Part shown: positions 36,606-46,147 of the stretch, in pieces
How the letters are laid out: each line of letters opens with the position of its first letter
How positions within the stretch are numbered: the first letter of the stretch is position 1
From: a virus
IMG/VR virus record: IMGVR_UViG_3300025299_000105
Reading direction: 5' to 3' (one strand)
Length of the DNA: 64,000 nucleotides
Program-made: the position numbers and the translations under genes
Notes under the pieces: model-generated
Told to the model about the DNA's origin: nothing
Database searches by the model: none
The model's input: the letters and a program-made list of their open reading frames with translations, nothing else

Positions 36606-37984
36606 AGTTCGGTCCCTTTCGTGCGCACGAGCGAAGTCGGACGGTCTCCCATCCAGTTGCAGAATTTCACGGTGTCTCCTGTGTATTGCGCGTCGACGAT
36701 GCCGGTCTGACCGTCACGCTGTTTGCCGACGATGATTTCGGCGTAGTGCTTCCACTCCGGGCCCAGGTCGGGCTTCGCGTGCGCGGGCCGATGGACGAAA
36801 GCAATGATGTCGGCGTCCTGCTCGATGTCGCCGCACTCCCTCAGGTCGGCCATGATCGGCCGCATGTTGGGACGCTTCTCGACCTCGCGGTTGAGCTGCG
36901 CCAGCAGCAGGACGGTGCAGTCCAACTCCTTCGCTAGCGCCTTGATGCCGCGGCTGACCTCCCCGAGCTGCGTGGCCCGGTTGGCCTTGCGGTCGGTGCC
37001 CTCCATGAGCCCGATGTAGTCCACCACCAGTAGGCGCAGACCGTGGCGGCGCTTCAGCGAGCGGGCCTTCGAGCGGAGCTGGTTGATGTTCAGCGCGGTC
37101 TGGTCGTCGATGAACATCGGCAGCTGGCGCAGATGCTCGACGGTGCGCGTCATCTCGCCCCAGTCGTAGTCGGTCAGCCGCTCCGGGCGCTTCAGCTTGT
37201 GCAGGGGGATGCCGGAACGCATCGACACCACGCGGGTGGTCAGCTGCGCTTTCGGCATTTCCATCGACAGCACACCCACCGGCTGGCATATGCCGCAGAT
37301 GTGGTCCGCGATCGACATCGCCAGCGCGGTCTTGCCCATGCCGGGCCGGCCAGCGATCACCACGACCTCGCCCTTGCGGACGCCACCGTCGAGGCGGTCG
37401 TCGAGATCCTTGATCCCGGTGGAGAGGAAGTCCTCTTCGCCATCGGCGCGGCGCTGGATGCCGTCGAGGAACTCCACCATGCCGGTGTCCATGCCCTGCC
37501 AGGCATCGCTCTTGTTGACCTCGAACAGCGGCGTCAGCAGCGCGGTGGCCTGGTCCAGCGTCTCCTCGAACCCGACGCTGCGCTGGCAGGCCAAGGCATG
37601 GATCTCGGTGCTGACGCCCATCAGCTTGCGGCGCAGCGAGAAATCGCGCACCGTCAGCGCGTACTGCCGGGCGCTGGACGCGCTGGGCACGTACTGCGCC
37701 AGCGCGTTCAGGTATGGCAGGCCGACGACATCGTCCTTGCGGATGCGCTGCAGCTGGTCGAAGACGGTGAAGACGTCAACCGGCTTGGAGGCGTTGAGCA
37801 GGCTGCTGATGGCCTGGAAGACCAGCCGGTGCTCCTGCCGGAAGAAGTCGGCTTCCTCCACCAGGTCTCCGACGCGGTCCCACATTCCGTTGTCGAGCAG
37901 CAGCGCGCCGAGCAGCGTGGACTCCGATTCCGGGCTCCACAGCACGGCCGGCGACAGTAGGGTGTCATCGACGCGGTCGTTCAT
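36602..37984 (-). CDS. dnaB: Replicative DNA helicase DnaB-like
   Basis: AGRPGMGKT, SMEM, VVDYIGLM, LLAQLNREVEKR, DLRECGDIEQDAD. Confidence 0.95.
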   Translation of the reverse strand: MNDRVDDTLLSPAVLWSPESESTLLGALLLDNGMWDRVGDLVEEADFFRQEHRLVFQAISSLLNASKPVDVFTVFDQLQRIRKDDVVGLPYLNALAQYVPSASSARQYALTVRDFSLRRKLMGVSTEIHALACQRSVGFEETLDQATALLTPLFEVNKSDAWQGMDTGMVEFLDGIQRRADGEEDFLSTGIKDLDDRLDGGVRKGEVVVIAGRPGMGKTALAMSIADHICGICQPVGVLSMEMPKAQLTTRVVSMRSGIPLHKLKRPERLTDYDWGEMTRTVEHLRQLPMFIDDQTALNINQLRSKARSLKRRHGLRLLVVDYIGLMEGTDRKANRATQLGEVSRGIKALAKELDCTVLLLAQLNREVEKRPNMRPIMADLRECGDIEQDADIIAFVHRPAHAKPDLGPEWKHYAEIIVGKQRDGQTGIVDAQYTGDTVKFCNWMGDRPTSLVRTKGTEL

Positions 37985-39003
37985 GGCTGATCCGCCGTTT
38001 CTTCGATGACCTTCTTCATGCCGCGGCTCGAAAGCAGGTACTCGATGCTGCAGCGCCAGTTCTGGTGGTCAGGCGAGCGCGGTCCCCGGCCCATGATGAA
38101 GTCGTTGTTGCGGGCACGGCCGAAGTACTCGCGCGCCCAGTCCAGCACCTCGGCGTCGTTGGTCGCCCGTGGCGTTCCGTCCTGCCGCTTCGAGGTCAGC
38201 ACCCATTCGCGGAAGTCGCGCAGCGCCTGGTCGCGGGCCTTGTCCATGACCCGGACACCCGGCAGTTCGGGCAGCACCTCGTGGTAGAGGTCGACCAGCC
38301 CGGTCATCCACGTCGGCAGGTTGTCTGCCGACATAGGAGCTTTAGCTCCTTTTCTTTTCTTCTCTACTCTTCTCTTCTCTGTGGTGACGGCGTCACGTGA
38401 CGCGTCACGATTTCCGTCACGCTGCGTGACGTCACGCTTTGTGGCGCCGTTTTCGCCTTCTTCAGCACTCTTTTTCTTCTGCCGCTCCCGATACTCACGC
38501 GAGCGATCGGCCCCGGTTTTGGCGCCGGTCGAGCGCTCCTTGCCGACGGTGTTGTGCTCATTGAAATTGGCGAACCTGAGGCCTTCTCCATTGGGAAGAA
38601 GTTCAATCCAGCCGACGGCTTGCATCGCTCGTCCGAGGCCGGGCACGCCCGACATCGAATCGATCTCGAACAGCCCTGCGCCCTCCAAAAAGCCATCCTC
38701 GCCGGCGCAGTCGTTGGCTTGAGACCAAAGCGGAACTGACGCACCAACAACGATCCGCGTGACGATTCCAACGTCAATGGCGTGACGTAGAGCGTGACGG
38801 TCCGTGACGTTCGGCGTGACGGAAAGAACGCCGTTTTCGTCACGCTCCGTCACGCTCTGTGACGCGTGACGCGATGGTCCGTTACGCAGGGTGATGCCGA
38901 ACCATTCCTGAAACTCGGCATCCTCCAGCAGCGCGCGCGCCGTCCTGATGACCTTCGGATTTGTCAGCAGGCTGGCCCGCATCTTGATCCAGCTCTCAGC
39001 CAC
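37981..39003 (-). CDS. Phage replication initiator protein
   Basis: WIKMRASLLTNPKV...FANFNEHN...KRRVEK pattern, upstream of DnaB. Confidence 0.75.
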   Translation of the reverse strand: MAESWIKMRASLLTNPKVIRTARALLEDAEFQEWFGITLRNGPSRHASQSVTERDENGVLSVTPNVTDRHALRHAIDVGIVTRIVVGASVPLWSQANDCAGEDGFLEGAGLFEIDSMSGVPGLGRAMQAVGWIELLPNGEGLRFANFNEHNTVGKERSTGAKTGADRSREYRERQKKKSAEEGENGATKRDVTQRDGNRDASRDAVTTEKRRVEKKRKGAKAPMSADNLPTWMTGLVDLYHEVLPELPGVRVMDKARDQALRDFREWVLTSKRQDGTPRATNDAEVLDWAREYFGRARNNDFIMGRGPRSPDHQNWRCSIEYLLSSRGMKKVIEETADQP

Positions 39004-39247
39004 CAACGACCTCCCTGGCCTCGCCCTGGATGCGCGCGGCGGCGCCGGCGGCGGCGAAGTAGCTGTCGCCCTCATCCTCGGCCTGCAGGATCGCGGCTTC
39101 GCGTGCGGCGATCAGCGCCTCCATCTCGCGCCGGTGGCGGTGCGCGCCGGGCAGGTCTCCCAGCGCCATGCAGATCTCGATGCCGAGACCTTCGGCCTGG
39201 ATGAGGTGGGCACGCTGGCGATGCACCAGCTCCTGTAGCCTGGTCAT
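38996..39247 (-). CDS. Hypothetical protein
   Basis: 83 aa coupled ORF. Confidence 0.6.
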   Translation of the reverse strand: MTRLQELVHRQRAHLIQAEGLGIEICMALGDLPGAHRHRREMEALIAAREAAILQAEDEGDSYFAAAGAAARIQGEAREVVGG

Positions 39248-41868
39248 GCTGTGAGCTCCTCCAGGTCGAAGAGGCTGGGTGTGCTCATCTCTCGAGCCAT
39301 GGCCTCGCAGAACATGACGCCATCAGCGAAGTAGCTGGGGCTGAGCTCGCAGCCGCGGCCGCGCCGGCCGGCCTTGATGGCTCGGTAGGGCACCGTCATC
39401 AGGCCGCCGAAGGGGTCGTAGACCTCGTCGCCAGGGTTCGAGTACTGCGCGATCGCGCGGTCGGCGATGTCGAACTGCATCGGGCAGAGGTGCATCTCGC
39501 GGCCGGCGGCGGACTGCGCGTTGTTGAGGGTCTGCATCCGCGTTACGTCGGTCCAGACCTCGTCGTGCCAGGACTGCGGCTGCAGGAGCATGAACGAGGG
39601 CGGCAGCATGCCCTTCGCGGCCAGGGCCTCGCCCAGCGCGACGTCGTGCTCGAAGTCGAAGACCTCACTCAGCGAGTGCGCCTTGAAGAGCTTGAAGATC
39701 TGGTCCGCGGGCAGGCCGACAAGGTCCTCGGGCTGCAGCAGCCGATTGCCGCTGGAGCGCGTGAAGCCGTGGGCATCGAGCTGCCACCGGGCCCGGGAGT
39801 ACTTGGCCTTGTCCTTGACCACCGGGACATCCGCGTAGCCGCGGCTGGCGTCGGTCGGCGCCTTGCGGAACAGCAGCAGGTACTCGTTCATGCCGAAGCC
39901 CATGCGGGAGCCGTCCTTGCATTGCTCCGTCCAGCCCAGGCGGTAGGTCTGCGAGTTCTCGCGCACCACATCGGTGACGATGGTCTTGCGGCCAATGAAG
40001 TGGAAGCCGTGCTTGCGGAAGCACGCCACGGTGTCGAGGTCGAAGGGGTACTCGGTCTGGAAGCCGACGCCGGGCACCATGCCGCTGGGCACGATCCGGT
40101 TCTTCACGTGGATGGCGGCCACCCGACCGGGCTGCAGCACCCGCAGCAGCTCCGGCACCAGGAAGTCCATCTGCTGGAAGAAGTGCTCGTTGTTGTCGGT
40201 GTGGCCGAAATCGGCGTAGTTCGGCGAGTACTCGTACTGCGTACTGAACGGGATCGAGGTCAGGATTAGGCCCACGCTGTCGCTGGCCATGCGCCGGGTC
40301 TCCTGCACGCAGTCCTCGTTCACGACGGTATAGCCGGGCCCAGTGACTTCCACGCGGGGGACACCCATGGCGCGCGCCAGGGTCTGGGCCATCGCGATTC
40401 GCGACAGGCCGTAGGTGCGGATGATTTCGCTCATCTTTTGCCTCAGTTCGATGTCTTGTTGCCACTTCCGCTCGAGGTTGCGGCGCACCTCCCGCTCGGC
40501 TTCCGTGTAGATCAGGTCGACGCGCACCGTGTGCTCCTGCAGGAAGCGCTGCACGCGGTGGATCGCCTGGATGAAGTCCTTGAACTTGTGGCCGATGCCC
40601 AGGAACACCTCCCAGTGGCAGTGCCGCTGGAAGTTGCAGCCCGAGCCCAGCATCACCGGCTTGCCGGCGAGTTCCTGGATGCGGCCGTCGGCGAAGGCGA
40701 TGACCGAGGCCTCGCGCTCGTCAAGGTCCTGGGAGCCGTAGACGGTCACCACCTCGGGCATGGCGCGCTCGATCGCGTGCCGCTCGGCCTCCAGGTCGTG
40801 CCAGATCACGCGGTGTGCGGTGGGGTCCTCGGCGCGGATTTCCTGCAGCTTGGCCAAACGCTGCGGCAGGCTGTCGCGCTTCTCGCGGGCAGCATCGACG
40901 ACGCCGATGGCCTGGTGCTTGAACATCAGGCTCTGGCCGCGGGAGTCGGCGCCGGCCTCGGTGTGATCGCTCGGGATCTCGTGCCAGCGGACATCCAGGT
41001 CCGGCAGGACGTAGCCCTCGTCCGAGAAGCTGGGATCAAGGTCCGACGGCAGCTGCACGAACAGGGCCCAGCTCGCCATCCAGAGCCAGAACTCGCGCTC
41101 CTTGTGCGGGTGGATGGTGAGCTGGTCTGCCTTCTCGCTGTTGCGCTTGAAGAAGCGCGTCTTTGCCTGGCCGACGTCCATCACGCCGAGGTAGGCACAG
41201 TAGGCCAGCAGCTCGACGTACTCGTTCGGGCTTGGCGTCGCCGTGGCCACGAAGCGATACGGGACACCGCGGCTGCGGACGCGCACCTTCATGCTGCGAC
41301 GGTCGTCACCGGCGAAGAGCGCCATGAACTCCCGGAAGGTCTTGCTGCCGCCGAAGCCGCGCAGGCAGTCGGCCTCGTCAAGGCTGACCACGGTGAAGGC
41401 CTCGGGGTCGAGCTTTCCATCACGCACGGTCTCGTAGTTCGTGATGTAGATGCCCTCGGGGTCGTCGCACTCCTCGATGGAACGGATGAACTTCAGCTCC
41501 GGCACCCTGCCCGGGCCGAGCGCCTGCCAGGCCTTGAGCTCGGCGCGCTGGGCGCCGGAGAACTTCGGGTCGTCACCGGTGGCCAGCTTCAGGGCGTCGC
41601 GGATGAACTCCTGGCGTACGCCCAGGGGCAGCACGATGAGCCCCATGCCGCCGGCGCGGGCGCGGACGATGCGCACGATCTCGATCTGGCCGAAGGTCTT
41701 GCCGAGGCCGAAGCGCGCGAAGATGGCGCGCCGGCCACCAGCAACGGCCCAGCGCACGATCGCCTTTTGGAACGGCGCCAGCAGCGGGTTGATCTCGGAG
41801 TCATCGATCTCGAAGCCGAGCGACGGCGCCAACTGCATCTTCGAGCGCAGGAAGTCGGCGTAGTCCAT
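39244..41868 (-). CDS. SF2/SNF2-like helicase fused to an amino (N6-A/N4-C) DNA methyltransferase
   Basis: FGLGKT, LDEAD, ATATPSPN, QAIHRVQR; C-terminal LTSIPF (motif IV) and YDPFGG (motif I), beta-class order. Confidence 0.88.
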   Translation of the reverse strand: MDYADFLRSKMQLAPSLGFEIDDSEINPLLAPFQKAIVRWAVAGGRRAIFARFGLGKTFGQIEIVRIVRARAGGMGLIVLPLGVRQEFIRDALKLATGDDPKFSGAQRAELKAWQALGPGRVPELKFIRSIEECDDPEGIYITNYETVRDGKLDPEAFTVVSLDEADCLRGFGGSKTFREFMALFAGDDRRSMKVRVRSRGVPYRFVATATPSPNEYVELLAYCAYLGVMDVGQAKTRFFKRNSEKADQLTIHPHKEREFWLWMASWALFVQLPSDLDPSFSDEGYVLPDLDVRWHEIPSDHTEAGADSRGQSLMFKHQAIGVVDAAREKRDSLPQRLAKLQEIRAEDPTAHRVIWHDLEAERHAIERAMPEVVTVYGSQDLDEREASVIAFADGRIQELAGKPVMLGSGCNFQRHCHWEVFLGIGHKFKDFIQAIHRVQRFLQEHTVRVDLIYTEAEREVRRNLERKWQQDIELRQKMSEIIRTYGLSRIAMAQTLARAMGVPRVEVTGPGYTVVNEDCVQETRRMASDSVGLILTSIPFSTQYEYSPNYADFGHTDNNEHFFQQMDFLVPELLRVLQPGRVAAIHVKNRIVPSGMVPGVGFQTEYPFDLDTVACFRKHGFHFIGRKTIVTDVVRENSQTYRLGWTEQCKDGSRMGFGMNEYLLLFRKAPTDASRGYADVPVVKDKAKYSRARWQLDAHGFTRSSGNRLLQPEDLVGLPADQIFKLFKAHSLSEVFDFEHDVALGEALAAKGMLPPSFMLLQPQSWHDEVWTDVTRMQTLNNAQSAAGREMHLCPMQFDIADRAIAQYSNPGDEVYDPFGGLMTVPYRAIKAGRRGRGCELSPSYFADGVMFCEAMAREMSTPSLFDLEELTA

Positions 41869-42197
41869 CAAACCCCCGCCCATGCCGTGGCCAGGGCCGG
41901 CCGCATGCGGATGGCGCGCTGCACCGATGTCTCCGCGGGGATGAAGTCGTCGTTGGGCGGAAACAGCGCCGCCCGGCCCTTGGCGGTGGGCACGAAGCGC
42001 GCGATGTCGCGCCGCGATGCCGTCGGATTCGCGCGCTCGATGAGCCCACGCGCCTTCAGGTGGGAGGCCTTCCCCATCAGCAGGTGCGTCTCGATGCCGG
42101 TGGCGGCCTCGATCTGGGAGTAGCTGGCGCCGTCGCTGTTTGCCGCGGCCAGATCGTGGATCACGCGCAGCATGATCTGGAGCTGGGTGTCTCTCAT
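41868..42197 (-). CDS. Winged-HTH protein
   Basis: ASYSQIEAATGIETHLLMGKASHLKARGLIER. Confidence 0.7.
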   Translation of the reverse strand: MRDTQLQIMLRVIHDLAAANSDGASYSQIEAATGIETHLLMGKASHLKARGLIERANPTASRRDIARFVPTAKGRAALFPPNDDFIPAETSVQRAIRMRPALATAWAGV

Positions 42198-42583
42198 GCC
42201 GCGACTCCACGCAGGGCTTCGGTGAGCACGCGCTTGTCATGGCGCAGTTGAGCGTTCTCCTCGCGCGCGATGCGCAGCTCACGCTCGAGCTCTGTCTCGC
42301 GCCGGCGCAGGCTGGAGAGGTCGTAGCCGCGCGCCATGTTCATCCACAGCAGCGGCGCGTCGTTGCCGCAGTAGTCCATCACCGCGCACAGCTTTGGGAA
42401 GATGACGCCCTCCTGCCCGGACTCCCAGCGCGACCACTGCGCCTTGTCCATCTTCAGTTCGGCGATGACCTCTTTGGGCTCGTAGCCAGCAGCCTTGATG
42501 CAGAGCCCGATGGCTCCGCCCAATGTCTTCTCCCGCGCGATCTCCTGAACGGTCACGGCGGAGGGGAAACCGAGTTGGTTCAC
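42194..42583 (-). CDS. CII-like HTH regulator
   Basis: KEVIAELKMDKAQWSRWESG, C-terminal coiled coil, downstream of cro. Confidence 0.65.
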   Translation of the reverse strand: MNQLGFPSAVTVQEIAREKTLGGAIGLCIKAAGYEPKEVIAELKMDKAQWSRWESGQEGVIFPKLCAVMDYCGNDAPLLWMNMARGYDLSSLRRRETELERELRIAREENAQLRHDKRVLTEALRGVAA

Positions 42584-42829
42584 AACGCTCCTCGAATCTG
42601 TTGAGTGGTGTTGAGAGGCTTGCCGGGCCAAAACTGAAGGCCATGCAAGACGCAAATTTCGAAAGCGGCCGCGAGGGCTGGCACCACATTCACGACCTGG
42701 CGCTGGAGCTGCTGGTGCAACTGGCCGCGCTGCGCGTTGACGCGACGGCCGGCAGCGCCGATGAGGGGTGCCCGCCCGCTCGCGGGGTAGAGTCCGGTCA
42801 CCACAACACGGACCCCGCGAGGGGCGAAC

Positions 42830-43042
42830 ATGAAAACCTTCAGCATCGACATCGAAGCGGCAAGTGCAGCCTCGTACGAAGCGGGAATGACGCGGGTCAT
42901 TGCCCAGGTGACGGTGAGAGCCGGCGAGCCTTCCCCGGAGAGCTTCAGCGACCTGCACATGTCGGAGAAGACGATGCGACGGCTGCACGAGATATTCGGC
43001 AAGATCATTCGCAACCTCGACGAGCACTCGGCGACCAGATAG
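42830..43042 (+). CDS. Small antisense-oriented hypothetical protein
   Basis: GAGG SD, protein-like 70 aa in a gap of the leftward operon. Confidence 0.5.
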   Translation: MKTFSIDIEAASAASYEAGMTRVIAQVTVRAGEPSPESFSDLHMSEKTMRRLHEIFGKIIRNLDEHSATR

Positions 43043-43421
43043 CCCGAAGCACCGAGGCTTCGTCGCTGCTCAAAGAGAGCGCCACATGCCCAACCTCCAG
43101 GCATGCGGCACCGCCGGCAAGCCAGGTCAACGTGATGGGGCGAGCGGCACCACCAGCAGGTGCCAGCGGTTTCTTCGGGGTGCTCTGGGTCGCGGGCTCC
43201 GGCTCGGGTGGCTCGCGGAATCCGGCGGCACGCGCGATCGCGTCTGAGGCCGCGCCGTGGGCGTCGAAGCTGCTGTTGAACAGCTCGATCCCATTGGCCC
43301 ACTTCGAATTGATGATTTGCGCCGCGCGCATCGCGGCGAGTGCGGCCTCGACGCGACCGACAGAGCGCTTCGCCCGGATCAGCGCTGGCGTGCGCGGGCC
43401 CTTCTTCTGGGTGCTGCGCAT
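43005..43421 (-). CDS. Hypothetical protein
   Basis: ATG directly after the cro stop; C-terminal part uncertain. Confidence 0.45.
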   Translation of the reverse strand: MRSTQKKGPRTPALIRAKRSVGRVEAALAAMRAAQIINSKWANGIELFNSSFDAHGAASDAIARAAGFREPPEPEPATQSTPKKPLAPAGGAARPITLTWLAGGAACLEVGHVALSLSSDEASVLRAIWSPSARRGCE

Positions 43422-43422
43422 G

Positions 43423-43665
43423 TCAGGCGGCCTTCGGTGTGGCGTCGGTTGGAAGGACCGGCAGATCCGCGTTGCCGTAGATGTGGTCGAAGGTGATCGA
43501 CCGTCCGCGGCTCTCCGCATAGACGATCAAGGCCTTGGCGTTCGGGGGCGGTACGGTTTGACCCTTCTCGTATGCGGCGATGTTGCTTTGCGAGCATCCG
43601 ATCCCCTTGGCCAGTTCAGCCTGGGTGACACCGAGCCATTCGCGAATTGCTTTGATGGGATTCAT
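43423..43665 (-). CDS. Cro-like XRE repressor
   Basis: IREWLGVTQAELAKGIGCSQSNIAAYEKG HTH, divergent from cI. Confidence 0.85.
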   Translation of the reverse strand: MNPIKAIREWLGVTQAELAKGIGCSQSNIAAYEKGQTVPPPNAKALIVYAESRGRSITFDHIYGNADLPVLPTDATPKAA

Positions 43666-43673
43666 GGGCTCAA

Positions 43674-43740
43674 AGTATCAGCGCCGCTGATTCTCTTGTC
43701 AATCAGCGGCGCTGATTTCAAGGTAACAGCGTCGCTGATC
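43674..43740 (-). promoter_or_regulatory. pR promoter with three operators (OR)
   Basis: Minus strand TTGACA-17-GATACT; palindromes ATCAGCGnCGCTGAT at 43677 and 43702, variant AACAGCGTCGCTGAT at 43726. Confidence 0.9.
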
Positions 43741-43748
43741 CTTGGTGC

Positions 43749-44465
43749 ATGAGTGCAGACAAGGAAAAGGACCCCAGAAAGGCGCAGGTCACGGAAGAAC
43801 ATCGCGCTGAGGCGCGCGCATTGAAGGCGATCTGGGATCGCGTCAAGCCTTCTAGCCAGGGTGAGTTCGGAAAGGAATTTGGGATTGGCGGTCAAAGTGC
43901 CGTGGCCAACTTCCTGACGGGTCAGTCAGCCCTGAGCCTGAAGGCAGCCGTTGGTTTCGCCAATGGGCTCGGCTGCAAGATCCGCGACTTCAGCAAACGC
44001 CTCGCGGTTGAGGCGCACCGCACCGCTGATGCCGCCGGCCTAGTCAGCGACGAAGACAGCTACCTCATCCCCCGACTTGACGTCTTAGTTGGTGCTGGAG
44101 ATGGGCGTATGACGAGTTCAGAGGACGAAATCGGAGGGCTTTCTTTCCGACGCGACTTTCTTCGTGAATGCGGTATCTACACGCCGCACGAGGGGGTCAT
44201 CGTGAACGTCAGGGGCGAGAGCATGGGCGACACCATTGCCGATGGAGCTGTCATCCTTATCAACAAGAAGGTCAAGTCCCCCGAGCACAGGAAGATCTTC
44301 GTCTTCGTCAAGGACGAGGGGCCCGTAGTGAAACGGGTGATCCATGAGGGTGATCGTTGGATCGCCCGTTCCGACAACGAGAACAAGCGTCGCTACCCAG
44401 ACTTCCCGTTCGAGGCCGGTCAAACGCTCGTTGGGAAGGCAGTCTGGATGGGCACCAAACTATGA
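43749..44465 (+). CDS. CI-like repressor (HTH plus S24 peptidase)
   Basis: HTH QGEFGKEFGIGGQSAVANFL; VGAG cleavage site, VRGESMGD (Ser) and VVKRV (Lys). Confidence 0.92.
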   Translation: MSADKEKDPRKAQVTEEHRAEARALKAIWDRVKPSSQGEFGKEFGIGGQSAVANFLTGQSALSLKAAVGFANGLGCKIRDFSKRLAVEAHRTADAAGLVSDEDSYLIPRLDVLVGAGDGRMTSSEDEIGGLSFRRDFLRECGIYTPHEGVIVNVRGESMGDTIADGAVILINKKVKSPEHRKIFVFVKDEGPVVKRVIHEGDRWIARSDNENKRRYPDFPFEAGQTLVGKAVWMGTKL

Positions 44466-44863
44466 AGACCAGCGGCTATCTTGCAATGGTGCTGACGCTC
44501 GCCACCGCAGTCGGGGCCTTCGCTCAGTCGCCATGGGTGGAGTTCGCGAGTAACGATGGCAGTACGGCCTACTTCGATCAAACCTCAATCAGACCAGACC
44601 TGACGCGCGAGGTTGCCTATTTCGCGTGGTGGCGCTCTGATCTGCGCTCACCATCCGTCGTCGACGGCAAGGCCTACAAGTCCCATTTGGCCAACTATCG
44701 GGTGGATTGCATGAGACGCACACTGCAGCAACAAGAGATATTTTTTCTCTCGGCATCTGGAACGCAGGTCGCACGCGACGGAGGCTCTGCTGAAGCCCTT
44801 CCCATGGCCGACACGCTCGGCGAAACTTTTGTGAAGGTCGTCTGTGCACGCGCCGGCAGGTAA
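44462..44863 (+). CDS. Exported protein, surface-adhesin E-like fold
   Basis: Signal peptide (AFA-Q), YFDQTSI, YRVDCMRRT, final VC. Confidence 0.65.
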   Translation: MKTSGYLAMVLTLATAVGAFAQSPWVEFASNDGSTAYFDQTSIRPDLTREVAYFAWWRSDLRSPSVVDGKAYKSHLANYRVDCMRRTLQQQEIFFLSASGTQVARDGGSAEALPMADTLGETFVKVVCARAGR

Positions 44864-45227
44864 AGCGGCACTCTTCTCGCTGCTGGCATTGCTGGCGGTC
44901 GGGGCCCACGCCCAAGACTGCCAGCGCGCCACGCGAAACTATGAGGTGTCGCGGAACTCGATGCGCCCTGATCAAGCCATGGTTGAGCGCGCCTGGCAGG
45001 AAATGCAAGCTGTCTGTGGCGCGTCGCCAGCGGCTGCGCCGCAGCCCACCTATCAGCCTGCTCCCGCACCGCGCCGCGGGCCTGGTCAACTCGTGAACTG
45101 CGACGCGGCCGGATGCTGGGGAGCGCAGAACGGCGTGCGATACAACCTTGTCGCCGGCGGCAATCTGCAGGGAACGGACGGTTCGTTCTGCACCCGCGGC
45201 GCGGGAAACACGTTCCACTGCAACTAG
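44844..45227 (+). CDS. Small exported Cys-containing protein
   Basis: Signal peptide (AHA-Q), three Cys pairs. Confidence 0.65.
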   Translation: MHAPAGKAALFSLLALLAVGAHAQDCQRATRNYEVSRNSMRPDQAMVERAWQEMQAVCGASPAAAPQPTYQPAPAPRRGPGQLVNCDAAGCWGAQNGVRYNLVAGGNLQGTDGSFCTRGAGNTFHCN

Positions 45228-45251
45228 CCCTCTCCACACCCCGATAGATCC

Positions 45252-45278
45252 AGCCCGCCCAGCGCGGGCTTTTTTTTT
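45252..45278 (+). terminator. Rho-independent terminator of the cI transcript
   Basis: AGCCCGC-CCAGC-GCGGGCT followed by a T run. Confidence 0.85.
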
Positions 45279-45304
45279 GCGTGCCTGTCTGCGGGTCAGA
45301 CATT

Positions 45305-45382
45305 ATCAGCGGCACTGTTACAAAATAGTCAGGAAAATAATCAGCGCCGCTGATTGACAAGAGAATCAGCGGCGCTGATACT
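45305..45382 (+). promoter_or_regulatory. pL-equivalent promoter with three operators (OL)
   Basis: TTGACA (45354)-17-GATACT; operators at 45340 and 45365, variant ATCAGCGGCACTGTT at 45305. Confidence 0.9.
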
Positions 45383-45407
45383 GCGGCTCATCAAACAGGA
45401 GATGGGC

Positions 45408-45620
45408 ATGAACAAAGCAGAACAGCGCGAAGTGCAGAAGGCGGTGAACACCGCCAAGTCGGCACCCCAGTACGCGGCCGCCACGCTCGCAGGCGTGATG
45501 CGCTCGGCCTCGAAGAAGACCTTGGGCGAGCTGGTCGCCGTGATGGATGACCTCGGCCTCCGGGACCACATGGAAGTGGTCAACGGCTGCTACGTCGCCA
45601 AACAACCGGTGGTGGCATAA
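45408..45620 (+). CDS. First early hypothetical protein
   Basis: AGGAGA SD, 70 aa. Confidence 0.7.
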   Translation: MNKAEQREVQKAVNTAKSAPQYAAATLAGVMRSASKKTLGELVAVMDDLGLRDHMEVVNGCYVAKQPVVA

Positions 45621-45935
45621 ATGGCCCGCGCACAGCAGGACTGGGGCGCCGGCGCGACCGTCAAGGTCGGCTTCCTGACCCTCACGGTCATCGCCAAGAT
45701 TCCGACGCCGGGTGACTTCAAGCCCGACGCCTACGTGCTGGCCAGCGCCGCGAAGGGCACGTTCTACGAGTTCGTGCCACACAACGGCCTGAACAAGATT
45801 GACCCCGAAGAGGCCCGCGAGCTGATCGCCGAGGGCAAGCGCATCGCCGAGCAGCGTGCTGCTGCTGCGGTCGCGAAGGCTTCGGCCTCCGCCGCGCACG
45901 CCGCCGTGGTTGCCAAGATGCTCGAGGTGGCGTGA
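45621..45935 (+). CDS. Phage hypothetical protein
   Basis: QDWGAGATVKVGFL...YEFVPHNGL, a motif I recall from phage early regions. Confidence 0.7.
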   Translation: MARAQQDWGAGATVKVGFLTLTVIAKIPTPGDFKPDAYVLASAAKGTFYEFVPHNGLNKIDPEEARELIAEGKRIAEQRAAAAVAKASASAAHAAVVAKMLEVA

Positions 45936-46147
45936 TGAGCCGCTTCACGCAATCCAACCTGTCGCGCCGGCGTGATGCGCGCCGCGAGCGCGCCGAGGGC
46001 AAGCGCCACCCGGAAGAGGTGTTCCAGCCGACCGAAGAGCAGGCCCTGGCGGCTGATCGCGCGCTGAACGCCTCGAAAGCCTCGCCCGAGTACTTCGCCC
46101 CCTCGGACCTCTACACGCTCTCGCAGCAGAACCGAGGTGTGCTGTGA
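45932..46147 (+). CDS. Hypothetical protein
   Basis: Coupled 71-aa ORF. Confidence 0.55.
   Translation: MMSRFTQSNLSRRRDARRERAEGKRHPEEVFQPTEEQALAADRALNASKASPEYFAPSDLYTLSQQNRGVL

Noticed and set aside
42523-43752. 409-aa + strand ORF over cro
   Set aside because: It overlaps cro and the operators in antisense and has low-complexity composition.
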